64,000 nucleotides of DNA from NCBI RefSeq assembly GCF_009914755.1, contig NC_060947.1; one strand, given 5' to 3'. Source of the stretch: the human T2T-CHM13v2.0 reference genome, Homo sapiens. This document shows positions 15,611-30,914 of the stretch, piece after piece. Position 1 is the stretch's first letter. The number at the start of each line of letters is the position of its first letter. A program made the position numbers and the translations under genes. Below the pieces are notes generated by a model, which did not search any database, was not told where the DNA came from, and saw only the letters and a list, made by a program, of their open reading frames with translations.

Positions 15611-16319
15611 ATGTTGTTTCAGTTGATCTATTGTATATACTCCCATATAATTCATTTTTTCTTTAAATATATTGATAAAATCAGAGGTTTAGAAGGGCCT
15701 TCAAATATCATTTATTCCTCTTGTTTTTCCAGTGGATAGAATCCTTGTTTTCTATACAGACAGTAAGCTATTAACTCATAAAGATAGGGACCATGTAAAT
15801 TAGAGTATTATTCAAATGCTATCCCCAAATTATCAACTTTCTGCTTAAATAAGTCAAATGAAGTTAACTTATCAAGTGAAAAGTATTACATTTTAACATA
15901 AATGTTACTCTGATATTGAATTAAAATTCAATCAAAATGCCACATAATGTACATAAATGATACAAGAAAGTTTGTCAGTGACATATCCATTCTAAAGTAA
16001 AGGGACTTCATTACCATGCTGAAAAGAGCAGTATCATTAAAGGATGTTGATAAATTGTCTCCATTGCCAAGGATTGGTCAGTTTTTAAGTCAACTCACCT
16101 ATAAAAAGTTTAACCTATAAAATGAGACATTCTCCAGATAACCCCATATTCTACTAGACTTATATCCAGTCAAATGCATATAGCTGACATTGCTACACCA
16201 TTCAACAAGTGTACTGAGACCATACTTTGTGGAGCACTGAGTATGAATGCATTTTCACAAATTGGGCTTTGGTCTCTACCATCATATGCTTCATGAACCA
16301 TTCCCCTCTGCATCTCTGA

Positions 16320-16535
16320 GGGAGAGCTTTGATGAGATAAAACAGTCTGGGTTCCAATCGCTGCTCTGGCACATGCTAACTGAGTAGGTCCTTTCTACCT
16401 GCAATACTTTTGTTTGTAAAATAGAATGAAAATACCTCTCTCATAAAGTTTAGGGAACATAAAATGAGGTGGTACTTATAAAATACCCAAGTGCAGTTTC
16501 TAGAATATAAGGCAGAATTGAAAATATTTAAGTAC
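16320..16535 (+). mobile_element. MIR SINE
   Basis: ctgggttccaatcgctgctct (B-box-like), tgtaaaatagaatgaaaatacctctctcata and a MIR 3' end. Confidence 0.65.
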
Positions 16536-19250
16536 GAGATATTGTGATTCACTTTGATTCAAATAAATCAATAGGAAAAATGTTTCGATAGCATTTAATG
16601 GCAAACATTTAGGAAAGGTCATTGTTTTTGACATAAATGCGTTTGATAATTCAGTATATCAGAATACAGGGCTCTTCATTCATCTTTACTGAAAACATAA
16701 TAGAGAAGGTTGGAAAATATTTACAGAGCAGTTACCATAATGCAACAAATACATATTTTATTCTGTCACTGTATAGTAGATTTTGGGCAAGTTTGTTGCA
16801 AATGAAAGAAACCCTTCTGTAACATTTTGTTTTCATTTTAAGATTTTTATTTTTATTTTCACTGCACTGTAATCCTTAGCCTCAAGACAACAATTACAAC
16901 AAGGAGCTTGTTATGCCTTTTTATGGCAAATGTTATATGTTAGAGTATTTTTTATAGAAAATTGGATTAACTCATAGAAATTGTAAAGTACACACTAGCA
17001 CTCTGATGTTTAGCTTATTATCTATTCCTATCTTTGCTAAATATGCAACATATCTATTTACTTCTCTATCAGAAAGCTTTAAATTTATCCTTTCAAGCCT
17101 ATTTACAAAAAATAAATTTTTGAATCAAATACACTAATTTCTAAACAAAACATATATTATTTCTTACACAATGAAAGGTAAGCAAAGAACCAATGTCGAC
17201 TATAGCTAGTAAAGTTAGTGCTTTCATTACATATTACATATTCACCATTTGACAACCACCGTAAGGCTGATAAAATAATGAAAGAAGAATAATTTTGCCT
17301 TTTCTTAGGTGAAAATGTTTACCACACCAGGGCTCAGAATTGAGTTACCTGTCCTGCTGGAACCTGAACTTTTCTTTTAATCTCTATCCCTACATTCCTG
17401 TAATAATTGCCTATAAAGACTGATGTCCTTCCTAAAATCTGGGACATGTAATATAATCTCGCTAGATGTCTTACTAGATACTGGTATTCTAGCTAGAAAC
17501 CCAGCTTTATGGCTGGTGCCTAACAACTGTTGAGAGATCTCCCCACGTCTCAATTCCTGTTGCTTTATCCACATCTCTGAACAAGGCCTTGTCCAAATTC
17601 TCTGGAAATTTGCTAGTCACAGAAGCAGTAACCAAACAAGGCTTTTGTTTTACTGTGCCTCAATTATATCCCATAGTTAATGAAAACGTATGAAATATCT
17701 TTCTAATTATTTGTGCCTTCTTCAATTTCTTTTAATGTTTTATAGTTTACGATGCACAGATCTTTCACCTTCTTGGTTAAATTTATTCCTAACAATTTTT
17801 GCAGCTATTGTTAATGAGATTGCTTTCTAGATTTCTTTTTCAGATAGTTTGTTGTTAGTACATAGAAATGCTACTAATTTTTGAAGGTGGATTTTGTATC
17901 ATGTGACTACTGAATTTATTAGTTCTAATAGGTTTTGGAGGAGTCTTTAAGGGTTTCTACGTATAAAATCATGTCATATGTAAGTGTGGACAATTTAACT
18001 TATTTCTTTCCAATTTAGATGCCTTTTATTTCTTTCTTTTGATTAATTGCTCTGGCTACGACTTCCAGTACTACATGGAACAGAAGTGGTGAGAGAGGGC
18101 AACTTCGTCTTGTTCCTGATCTTAGAGAAAAAGCTTTCATTTTTCACACTTCACTATAATGGTAGCTGTGGGCTTGTCACATATGGCCTTTATTATGTGG
18201 AGGTACTGTCCATCTATACCTAATTTGTTATGAGTTTTTATTATAAAAGAATATTAAATTTAGTCTAATACTTTTTCTGCATCAACTGAGATGGTTTTGT
18301 GTTTTCTATCTTTTATTCTCTTAAGCTGGTGTATCATAATAATTGATTTTTGTATTTCGAACCATCCTTGCATCTCAGGGGTAAATCCCACTTGATTATA
18401 GTGTGTGATGCTTTTAATGTGCTGTTGAATTCAGTTTGCTAGTGTTTTGTTGAGAATATTTTCATCTATGTTCATCAGGGACATTGAACTGTAATTTTTC
18501 CCTGTAGTTTCATTGTCTGACTTTGGTATCAGTATAATGCTGGCATTGTAAAATAATTTTGCAAGTGTTCTCTCCTCTTCAATTTTTTGGAAGGGTTTTA
18601 GATGAATTGGCATTAAAGTTTTCTCATATGTTTGATAGAATTAACCACTGAAGCTACCAGATCTTGGGCTTTTCTTTGTTTGAAAGTGTTTTATTACTAA
18701 TTTATTCTCCATAATTGTTAATATTCTGTTCAGATTTTCTATTTCTTTATGACTTAATTTTACTAGGTTGTAAGTTTCTAGGAATTTATTTCTTCTTGGT
18801 TATCCACTTTTACCTCATGTAACTGTTCACAGTAATCTCTTATAATCTTTTGTATTTCTGTGGTATCAATGAAAATGTCTCCTTTTTTATTAATAATTTC
18901 ATTTGTTTGAGTCTTCTCTCCTTTTTGTTACTCTAGCTATAAGTTTTTCAATTTGGTTTACTGTTACAAATAACTAGCTCTAGTTCATGGGTCTTTTCTA
19001 TTATTTTTCTAGCCTCTACTTCATTTATTTCTGCTCTTATGCTTATTCTTGTTTCTTCTGCAAACTTCGGAATTAGTTTACTCTTTTTCTAGTTCCATGG
19101 GTTGAAAAATGAGGTTGTTTTGTTGACTGTGGGTTTGTCATAGATGGCTATCATTATTTTGAGGTATGTTTCTTCAATACCTAGTTTATTGAGAGGTTTT
19201 AACATGAAGGGATGTTGAATTTTATCAAAAGCCTTTTCTGCATATACTGA

Positions 19251-19499
<249 letters not shown>

Positions 19500-19664
19500 T
19501 GATGAAACACATTTATTGATTGGTATATGTTGAACCAACTTTGCATCCCAGGGATGAAGCCTACTTGATCAGGGTGAATTGACTTTTTAATATGCTGCTG
19601 AATTCAGGGTGCAGGTATTTTGTTGAGGAGTTTTGCATCGATGATTTTCAAGAATATTGGCCTG

Positions 19665-20349
<685 letters not shown>

Positions 20350-21030
20350 AAGAATATTGGCCTGAAGTTTTCGTTTTTGGCTGTGTCTCTGCTAGGTTTT
20401 GGTATCGAGATAATGCTGGCCACATAGAATGAGTTGGGGAGGAGTCCCTCTTCTTCAATTTTTGGGATAGTTTCTGTAAGAATGGTACCAGCTCTTTTTT
20501 CATACATCTGGTAGTATTCAGCTGTGAATCCATCAGGTCTTGTGTGTGTGTGCATGTGTGCGTGTGTGTGTGTTTGTGTGGTTGGCAGGCTATTTATTAC
20601 TGATTGAATTTCAGAACTTATCATTGGTCTGTTAAGGGAATCAGTTTCCTCCTGGGTCAGTCCTGGGAGGGTGTATCTGTCCAGGAATGTCTCCACTTCT
20701 TCTAGGTTTTCTAGTTTGTGTGTATCTTGGCCACTGCCCTCTTTTTTCATAATGTTAGTATTCATTGCTATAAACTTCTTGGGACTGATTTTGCTGCATC
20801 TAATAAGTTCTGTAAGTTGTGTTTCCATTTTCATTTGTCTTAAGAAATGTTTTTGTTTCCCTTTGGATTTCGTTTTTGAGCAATTTGTTGTTCAGGAGTA
20901 TGTTATTTAATTTCCAAATACTTGTAAAATTTCAATTTTTCCTCCTTTTAGTGATTTATAGTGTCATATCATTGTAGTCATAAAAATACTTGTATTGTGG
21001 TTCTCCAGAGAGACAGAAACAATAAGAAAT

Positions 21031-21054
21031 GGATAGATAGATGGATAGATAGAT

Positions 21055-21100
<46 letters not shown>
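21031..21100. repeat. (GATA)n microsatellite inside the MLT2 LTR
   Basis: About 17 GATA-type units. Confidence 0.95.
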
Positions 21101-21262
21101 CATATCAGAGGAGATTTATTAGGGGAATTGTCATACATGATTCAGGGTTTCAGAAGTCCCATAATAGGACATCTGCAAGCTGAAGAATCAGGGAAGCTGG
21201 TAGTGTGGCTCAGTCCAAGTCCAAATTTCTCATAACCAAAGAAGCCAGTGATGTAACTCTAA

Positions 21263-22527
<1,265 letters not shown>

Positions 22528-22561
22528 AAGAATTTACCTTTTCTCTGACATTTTGTTCAAT

Positions 22562-23277
22562 GAGCATGGGACTGCAGAGGCCAGCCTGGAATTTGGGGTG
22601 GCAGGGGCTGACCCAGCACTGGGAAGGCCTAAAGCCTGTATTAAGGGTTCTTGTCTGGTGCCTAGGACCATGGAGACCAACCTGGAGTTGAGGCTGCAGG
22701 GCCCAGACAGGTGCTGTCACCAGTCTCGAGGGAAGGGTGGGCTTGGATTCTGAGTTCATGGGGACAGTTTGAAGCATTGGGCTACCAAGGCTGGTCTGGA
22801 AATAGGGCAAGCCTGGAGATTGAGGCTGAGGGAGCTGGCCTGGCTTGGCATGGGCCTGAAGTTGGGGCTCACTGTGGCTAATCTGGTACTGAGGCGAGTC
22901 TGAAGGCTTGGTCTGTGGTACTAGCTTGAAGCCTTGGGCATTGGGAGCTGGCCTAATGCCAGATTTCAATAAGCAGGCTCACTGCTGTGGTCCAGGGCAA
23001 GATTAGGAACTCACTTCACTCTCCTTCCCCCACATGGAGGGTATCTCTTCCAGTAATGTGCTGCCTGTACTGGGAGAAGGGGTGATTCAGGTAATGTGAA
23101 ACTGTTTTTTCCTACCCTCTTCCAGGTGTCTTTGTTTTATTTCTGTACTACAACCAAGTGCTATAATCTCACATCTGGATTACTTGGTTCTTTTGAAGGT
23201 ATTTCATATATGGGTAGTTGTTCAAATTGATGTTCTACAAGGGGATGAGCACTGGAAAGTCCTTTTCCCTGCTATGG
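22562..23277 (-). mobile_element. L1M (L1M2/L1M3-like) 5' UTR, antisense; probably the 5' end of the 17705-20990 element
   Basis: Degenerate (ggccagcctgg...) repeats and the 5'-terminal signature gggtagttgttcaaattgatgttc. Confidence 0.7.
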
Positions 23278-23489
23278 TTCTCAATGAAGCCTGCACTGTC
23301 CTAGAACTAGAGACATGCTCTATATTTTATATGGTTTCACAACAGACAACCAGGCCCTTTTGGCACTGTTTATCTGACAAAATTTAATCCTAATCCATTT
23401 TTCAGGAATCTCCCATTGGAAGAACAAAGAAAATAAATATAGAAGAGTGAGGAAAACTGTTTGCTTTTTTTGTTGTTGTTTAAAAAAGC

Positions 23490-23586
23490 ATTAGAAATAC
23501 TAGTCCTCATTTCTTTCAGACCCAATTCACTTCATACTTACTAAATCAGAATCTCCTTTCTTACAAGATCCCCAGGGAATGCATGT
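23490..23586. mobile_element. MER5A-type hAT DNA transposon fragment
   Basis: acttactaaatcagaatct...acaagatccccagggaat. Confidence 0.55.
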
Positions 23587-26500
23587 TCCCGTCTCAAGGG
23601 GATGTGAACAAGGGGAGGGATAAGGACGGCTCAAAAATTCCAAGGGCTTTTACCAGTTTGCACAGGCAGAGGGAAGCCAAAAGCTCAACTAGTAAAACAT
23701 TTCACCCTTTTGCCGGCATGTTTTTTGGGCTTCTGTGTTCCCTTCCCCTGAGCCCAATCCTAAGCCAACCGGTTTAAGGTTTGGGAAATTAACTCTTTCC
23801 AGCTTGGAGGACGCAACTGAGAAGAGTGTCCCATAGTACAGAGACACAATTACCTATCAGTGAAGAGAGGACAGAGGAGGAGAAAGGAATAAAAAGAAGG
23901 TGTTTTTTTCAAAGGAGTCCCAGGGTTTCAGGATGCATTCTAAAGGGGTACAGACTGAAGATGAGTGGCTACCTGTCTAGAAAGAAGGGAGCAGGCATCC
24001 CTGGTTCCCTTCTTTTCCTAGCAGATACCTGGGGATAAATGAGGGAGAAAGAGAAGAGTGTCCTATTTTCATTTTCCATCCTTGCATCCCCGAGTTCTGG
24101 CAACCTTGGCAGGTGCTGCCATGGGTGTCAAAGTGACTTGCACCCTGGAAGCAGGGAGGCCTACAGAACAGGAATTACCCGCTCTTACCTATGTCTCTTT
24201 CCCACCTGCTGTCAGTAGCCTTAGAGTTCTCTAGACCTCATTTATGCCATGGATATTAACATGGCCTTTATCCATGAAACAGGAAGCTTGGGGTTGGCTT
24301 AATTGGCAGGAATCAGCCACACTCGCCTGCGCTGTGTCTTTTAACTTCTGTTGTCATTTGCATCTGGATCCCTCAGATCCAGTTTTCTTTCCTAGGGCTT
24401 TGACCTGAAGCTTGAAATTGAGTCTGGGGCAAAAAAATGCCTCTCGGTGGGGGCAGAGCTTGCATGGACTCCTTGTCATAAGCCAAATGCTAAGGTGAAA
24501 CTGTGGAAACTGTGAGTCCTTCTTCAACAAGGGAGAGAAAATTATGAATTGTGACATACCCAGATAACTGGTAGCTTTCATTATGCTTGCTAGGATTTTG
24601 GTGCATGGTGCTTGGCTTTGGTTAGCTCCCTTTGTTTAACTTTCCCAAAAGGAAACCTCCAGGTGATGGGCATCCTATTTATTCCAATCACCTGGCAGGA
24701 TTTGCTGGATAATTGCTCAGAGCTAGAATACTGATCCAGATTTTTACGTTACCCATCCCTCTTGTTCTTTCTAAGCTGCAGCCAAAGATTGCTGGTTGGT
24801 CCACAGGAACAAGCAGCATTAGTCTAAAACATAGGTGAAAACTTAAAAAACAATGAATGAGTTTAGAATTTAGTGACACATGTATGATAAGTTTTGGAAC
24901 ATAATTTCTCTCTTTACAGTCGTCATTTTTGTTAACAAACAAATGATCATAAGACTGAGTTGTTAAATAGACTTTAGTCTTATACTTGGCCCGATTATTT
25001 GCCTGAAGTGCAGCAAGAATAATTATTTCTACATAGGCCTTTTGGATTGGTTTTGATGGAATTCTGTTCCACAAGGAATCTCATATAAGATCTTTTAAAG
25101 CCAAGCCCAACCATGGGTTTGTATACTCAAATACCTGTGAGTTGGGTGATCCTGTCCTCTTAAGGTTCCAAGATAAGTTTGGAGCTCCTAGACCTGTTAG
25201 AAAGTGACATCCTTTACTGACCACAGGTCAGGAACCCTGTCCAGGGACTGTGTAGGTAAGAGTATGAGGCCAGTTTTCCCAATGGGCTTCTATTAGCTCT
25301 GTAAGTCAAGCTTGACTCCTATAGATTCTTATCACACTGATGCAAACAAGTATATTGTCATAAGTTAAGAATACTCACAGAGAGTTTCCAAATTCTAGAG
25401 AAACCAGGCAGAGAGAAACAAACATGCTTCAAATTTTGTTCATAGAAGTATGCCTTACTCAATTATTAAAGGACTTAAATAGTTCAAAATAAGTTTCCTT
25501 GACTATGAAAACAAAACATGGATTAGCAATATTCCAACAAAAAGTCAAAAAGTTTGCTTCAGCTTTCTGAGTTCAGTCCATTAACTCTTGTTTTGCTTGA
25601 TATTTGTGAACATTTCAGCTCTTCATGAGCCCTATACGTTTTCCTTTATTCCGATGTTACAATTTACAAAGTTATCAGAGGCCTGTATTTGAGAGTACCT
25701 GTTAAAAGTTCTGTAGCTTATTTTAAACCATCTTTTGAAAAGGATTCAAACAAGACAATTGCCTGTGAATAACAAAATGTTCAGGGTAGTTACGCTTAGA
25801 AACACAATTGACAAAGAAGTTTGGTTATCTCTGTGGTTTACAGTAACTTAACATAAAAACTATGTTAATTATGATGGATAGCATATACTCAGACATTAGA
25901 ATTTTAGAAATTCCATATAATTTTGGAACATATATTAGCATTATTCACCAAGATATAACCTAAAGAAGATTGAGCATCATTTTGGCAATCCCATGTACTT
26001 AAACATGTCAAATAATCCTGTTTACCTCTGTTTTCTGGACACTTCAGGGGCCCTCTGAAGTATTCAAAAGCCAGGTGTCAGGGAAGACAATTTTGAAACT
26101 GAAGTTTGATTTGAAAAAGGCTGTTAAATGTTCAAGGTTTAAAACACTTGACATTATGAAATAGAATTCCAGATTACCGTAAGTTATTTATTTTGCCAAA
26201 ATGATGACTCAGAAACTTCAAAGAAGCAAAAACCTTGTACAACCCTCTAAAAATTTTGCCAAAGAGCAGATTAGCACCTTAGGAGAACATTGTTATGCTT
26301 TTATTTCAATGCTCAATTTGCGGAAAAAACACATAATACCCTTTTTTGAATTGAGTCAATATGTTCACAGAGAGAACCTCTTCTGCAAGATTAATTTCCA
26401 CAATTCTTCCACCACTTCATTGAACCTTCAGCTTTTTTCTAATTTAACTCAAAACAATCCTTTAACCCTAGGCAAAAGTTTACATTTCCATGCCTTCTTA

Positions 26501-27481
26501 TAACCTTGTACTAAAAAATACATTTTACTGTTCTTACACACCTTGAATGTAAATCTATTTCTAGTAGTTTCAATTAACTCATATCAATTTTTAACTTTAA
26601 GGTGAAACAGCAAACCTTGCACCTGACCTGCATTTTACCAATGGTCTTTAGGGTTGCTTTTACTTCTTAAAGATTAAAGTCATGTGGACTGAAAGGTACC
26701 ACAACATTAAACTTCCCTTTAAAAAATGTTAGATCCAAGTGTTTGTCTTTCTTTAGGCCAAATTAATCAGAGCTCTTTTTACAGACATCACACACAGTAC
26801 ATACATAGACAGGCAGAAGCAAATCCAGTCACTGGGTGGGGCCCTTTAAGAGGCAGGGGTAGGAAAACATGCAGATATCAAACCAGAAAGAAGCTTATTC
26901 CCTAAGGTAAGATTGCTAAACAAAGCCTGCCACCAGACTTACAAGCCATGCCCTCAGGATGTAAAACCAGATGGAGGCTTGATTTCACAAATAAAACTTT
27001 GCAGAAAATATTAACAGTAATAGTTGGGGAAGCCTGGCCTAGTAAAACATCTTCTAAAAGAAAAAAAAATAACTTTAAAAGTTAACTTGCTGATGAGGTA
27101 GAGAATGGGAAAGAAAAGAAACAGTTGAAAATTGTTTGGGGAAGAACCTCTTATTCTAATGCAAGTGGTTCCTCCACCAGGGAGAAAAGTTTAATTACTG
27201 TAATTACTGTCCAATGGAGCTGAATCTCTTGGCTGGGGAAGGGGAAGGCTGCACTGGTACCTGGCTGGGACCCAGCCAGCTGGCTGTGCAGGACCCTTGG
27301 ACCATGCGTCCCAGGCCCAGCAGGGAGCGGGGAGCGGTGGGGACCTGCTGCTCACTGGTTCCTCCCAAAAAAGGAAGAAAAAGGCCATGAGAATGAAAAG
27401 GCTCAGAAGCGAGAGGGAAAAAGAATTTTTGGTTTGCATCTCACTCACCGCTTTTCAAGCTCCCACATTGCACGCCAAAAA
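23587..27481 (-). mobile_element. ERV1 (MER4-group, MER50-int-like) internal remnant: long leader plus decayed gag start
   Basis: Minus strand near 23910-23975 reads ...SSVCTPLECILKPWDSF, a HERV9/HUERS-type gag N-terminus. MER4-group leader motifs such as gttagaaagtgacatcctttactgaccacaggtcaggaacc are present. It abuts the LTR through a PBS. Confidence 0.8.
27459..27477 (-). promoter_or_regulatory. Primer-binding site resembling the tRNA-Lys(CUU) PBS
   Basis: Minus strand TGGCGTGCAATGTGGGAGC versus canonical TGGCGCCCAACGTGGGGC, a few nt inside the LTR terminal CA. A GCG/GTGAGT splice-donor motif follows at ~27443-27451. Confidence 0.7.
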
Positions 27482-27640
27482 TGTTGCAGGACTTTTCCTT
27501 AGTTCAGTTAAAGATGGAGTCCTTGTCTGTCCCATGGCCATGAAAATTTAGTCTCGCAGGTGGTTTGAATGGTGAGTAAAGCAGCATTTAATTGAGTGAA
27601 AAGGGAAAAAAAAAGGGGGAAATAGGGACTTCCGCAAGAC
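27482..27640 (-). mobile_element. MER50-like 5' LTR, R/U5 part only
   Basis: Minus strand ends ...tttaactgaactaaggaaaagtcctgcaaca. Upstream U3 is absent. Confidence 0.75.
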
Positions 27641-27944
27641 TCTTCGAGGACTCCCTCCCACCTGGCTCAGTGAGACATAGCATCTTATTTGATCTTAACA
27701 ACGAATAAAGTATTAATGAGTTAGAAAAGTTAACTTGTAGGAGATTATAGTAATAGGAAGTATAGCAGAAACTTATTGCAATTAACTGTATCTGACTCAA
27801 AAAATCCTGCTATTTCCATTATGTCACAATGTTTCACCGCATACTTAAATATGGCCTCACCTACAGTTTACCAAAATCAATTTTCATTGTTTTCTTGTCC
27901 ATCTCTACATAAATAAGAGTAGTTTAAAATTATATGTTACTTAA

Positions 27945-28130
27945 CTGTTTTATAAAGCTTATTCACATATTTTAATTTGCACCACTCAATAGTTCTGTGA
28001 AATTGGCAAAAATGTGACTATTTTCTCCTTTTTAAAGATTAATTATTTGAAATTTATATTGGTTAACAAACTTCTGTAGAGTGAACAGCTACTAAAATGG
28101 CAGTGTCCAGACCTGAACCTAAAAGTTACG
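27945..28130 (-). mobile_element. MIR (degraded)
   Basis: ctcaatagttctgtgaaattgg...tggcagtgtccagacctgaacct. Confidence 0.5.
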
Positions 28131-28539
28131 AGCCTGAACCTTTGAAACCTAAAATAGATCACACTGACTTAAACAATTATGTGTGTTTATTTGGATATTG
28201 TAGTGTTTTTTTAAAGCATACTAATTTATTAAATTATTTTTATTATGAGCTAAAGTACAGCTTAAGAAATGGTCAAAATGTAAATATCTATAATTTGTGA
28301 TAACATTCAAATTACAGGTATGCCTCCCCAGAGAAAGAGACATTCCTCATGGAAGAGCCTAGATACAAGAAAGAATTAAGCAAAAAATAGTAAACACATA
28401 TATAGATGCATATTCTGTTAAAACATTTACAATGTCTAGGAGTTTATATATAGAATTAAATGCAGAAAAACATCAGTATACAAATTGTGATGTGATAAAG
28501 TGTATTAAGCATCTTGCAATTGAAGTATTGATTGTCCTT

Positions 28540-29016
28540 ATTTTTTAATCAACTTTATTGTGAAATGTAAAACAATATAGAAAATCCATAAAATATAAAT
28601 GCATAGTTTAATAGAAAGTTGAAAAGTAAATACCTATGTAACCACGCCATTTTCCTACCATTCACAGCCTCTTGCCTCTCCCCTGTCAGAGTAAAGCTTA
28701 CTCTGTCTATTACGGTCATCATTTTATTTTTGTTACTATAAAAATTTGGTAGTTCAACTTATGGTCAATATTTGTAAACATTTTATGTGTTAATAAAAAA
28801 TGTATACTGTGCTGTTATCGGTTGAAATGATTTGTGTATACTTATGCACACACATACATATTACCATTAAAACGTGTTTGTTAATGGTGTTCAGATCTGC
28901 TATACCCTGGTTGATTTTATTTTGTGTGTAATTATTACCAAAAGAAGAGCATGCTAAAGTCTCCCACAGTGACTGTGGGGTTTATCCATTTCTCATTATA
29001 ATTTTACATATATTGC

Positions 29017-29060
<44 letters not shown>

Positions 29061-29200
29061 ATTTTGAGACTACGCTATTGTTTTATCTACCTCATGAAAT
29101 GAATCATCTTTATGAACTGGCTACTGTAATGGTTTTTTTACTTAGCAGATCTATATTATGTCTGCTTCATAGGCATATATAAATGACTATTTTTCTTTCT
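28540..29200 (-). mobile_element. Ancient L1ME fragments (3' end and ORF2 EN region)
   Basis: caactttattgtgaaatg... 3' end and gctaaagtctcccacagtgactgtgggg (antisense of the EN IVGDF motif). Confidence 0.6.
29020..29059. repeat. (TG)20 microsatellite
   Basis: Directly visible tandem repeat. Confidence 0.97.
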
Positions 29201-29984
29201 TTTTTTCTTCCATTATGGTCACCACCCAGATGACATTACTGCATGTATTATGGATGAATTTTGTTCTGTTTTTCTCTAACACTAAGGTTGTATCCCTTTT
29301 TGATTCTAGATTCACCTCTTCAGGTATTCTGGGTCCTCACTTCTATATCCTTCCTTCCTTCTTTCCATAATGACTAGTTCTCAAAAGAATTTAATCCCCT
29401 AAATAAAAGAAATACAAAGTCTCTCATGGTTGTTGGTGGTAGGAGCTAGGTGAGAAGAGTTGCTCTGTTTTCTATTAAGCTTCCCAGATTCTCACTTTGT
29501 AGTACAACCTTGACCTGTAGTTTTCCCATATATTTTCTGCTCTTTGATGCTTTTAATGTTTTATTAGTTGTATCCAATATAAAGTTGCTTTTTATTGGAA
29601 GGGTTTATCTAAATAATGTTACTTGAGTTAAGCAGAGCTTCTGGAACTTAAGAAACTGAACAACAAGTTTGAAATAATCCATGATGATAAAGAAGCTAAT
29701 TGTCTCTACCTTTATGAATACAGCTAATTGGAAGAACATAAAGAACTGGAAAAGGAAATAAAGAGAAGTGTTGATGTAGGTTCAGAAGAAACGGATGCTC
29801 CTAGGTAGAGCCAAAGAATTCCCAATATATGAAGAGAAAGAATCACAGACATAACTTATTCCCCACTTTCCATGTGGACCTCTAAGAGTGCAACATGCCA
29901 ATATCGGCAGCCTTAGAGTAGAAATAATGCAGGTGTAATTGCAAAGATATTCTAGGGCTTTTCTAAGTCTCTTGCATCACTAAA

Positions 29985-30328
29985 TTTCTTTTTTAAAAAA
30001 TTCAATATGTAATAATAAAGAGGAACAGGAAAGTAAAGCCCAAAATATCACATGTACCCTATACATATATCCAATTATTACGTTCCTAGAAGGAATATCC
30101 TAAATATCCTGATTTGATCATTACACACTGTATGTATGCATCAAAATATCACATATACCCCATACATATATATAGGAAATATACCCTATATACAATCATA
30201 TTCATCATCTCAACCATTTATTCTCTGTGTTGAGAACATTTTAAATCTTCTCATAGATATTTTAAAATATGTAAGATATGACTGTTAACTGTAATCACCC
30301 TACTGTGCTGTCAAACATTAGAACTTTA
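29985..30328 (-). mobile_element. Short L1MA 3' end with an internal inversion and duplications
   Basis: Antisense 3' UTR at 30197-30328; sense-orientation 3' UTR pieces at 30041-30083 and 30093-30172. Confidence 0.75.
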
Positions 30329-30914
30329 TGTTTGTATTCATTAGTCATATTTATTTGTAAAACAATTGGCTCTTAGAAAAAGGCAGGTTTTGAACATCTG
30401 GAGATGTCTAGTGTCCCTGGAAGGAATGTGGAGGTAGTCTGAGGAGGGCACAATAAATTTGAAGGGACTCAATGTTTTAGATGAGGAGGATGGCATATGT
30501 CCCTGGTAGATCTGACATCAAAGGTCAGGACAGCCAGCAGACATAAACAGATGGAATTGATGAAAAAGTCAGAGGTATCTCATAGTGGGCAGAAAATGCT
30601 ATAAACCAAACACAAAACCTAATGTGACATTTTAAAACACCACACCATCCACAGCATTTGTAGCCAAGAGGAAAACAGATGAAGATGAAAATTTAGAATT
30701 TTCTCCCTAAATAATAATGAGAAAAATCCAGAAATTGCTGCTTTTACCATTAAGTTTCCAGTTTATGTTTTCTTTGTTCTGCAAATAGGAAAATAGATAG
30801 CAAAGTTTGATACTTTAATTGATAGCTTAAGCTACATCTTTGAACACAAAATTTTATGACTGTGAAATTTATTGTACCCTAAATGGGAGCTGATCTTAGA
30901 TTCCAAAGAATTTT

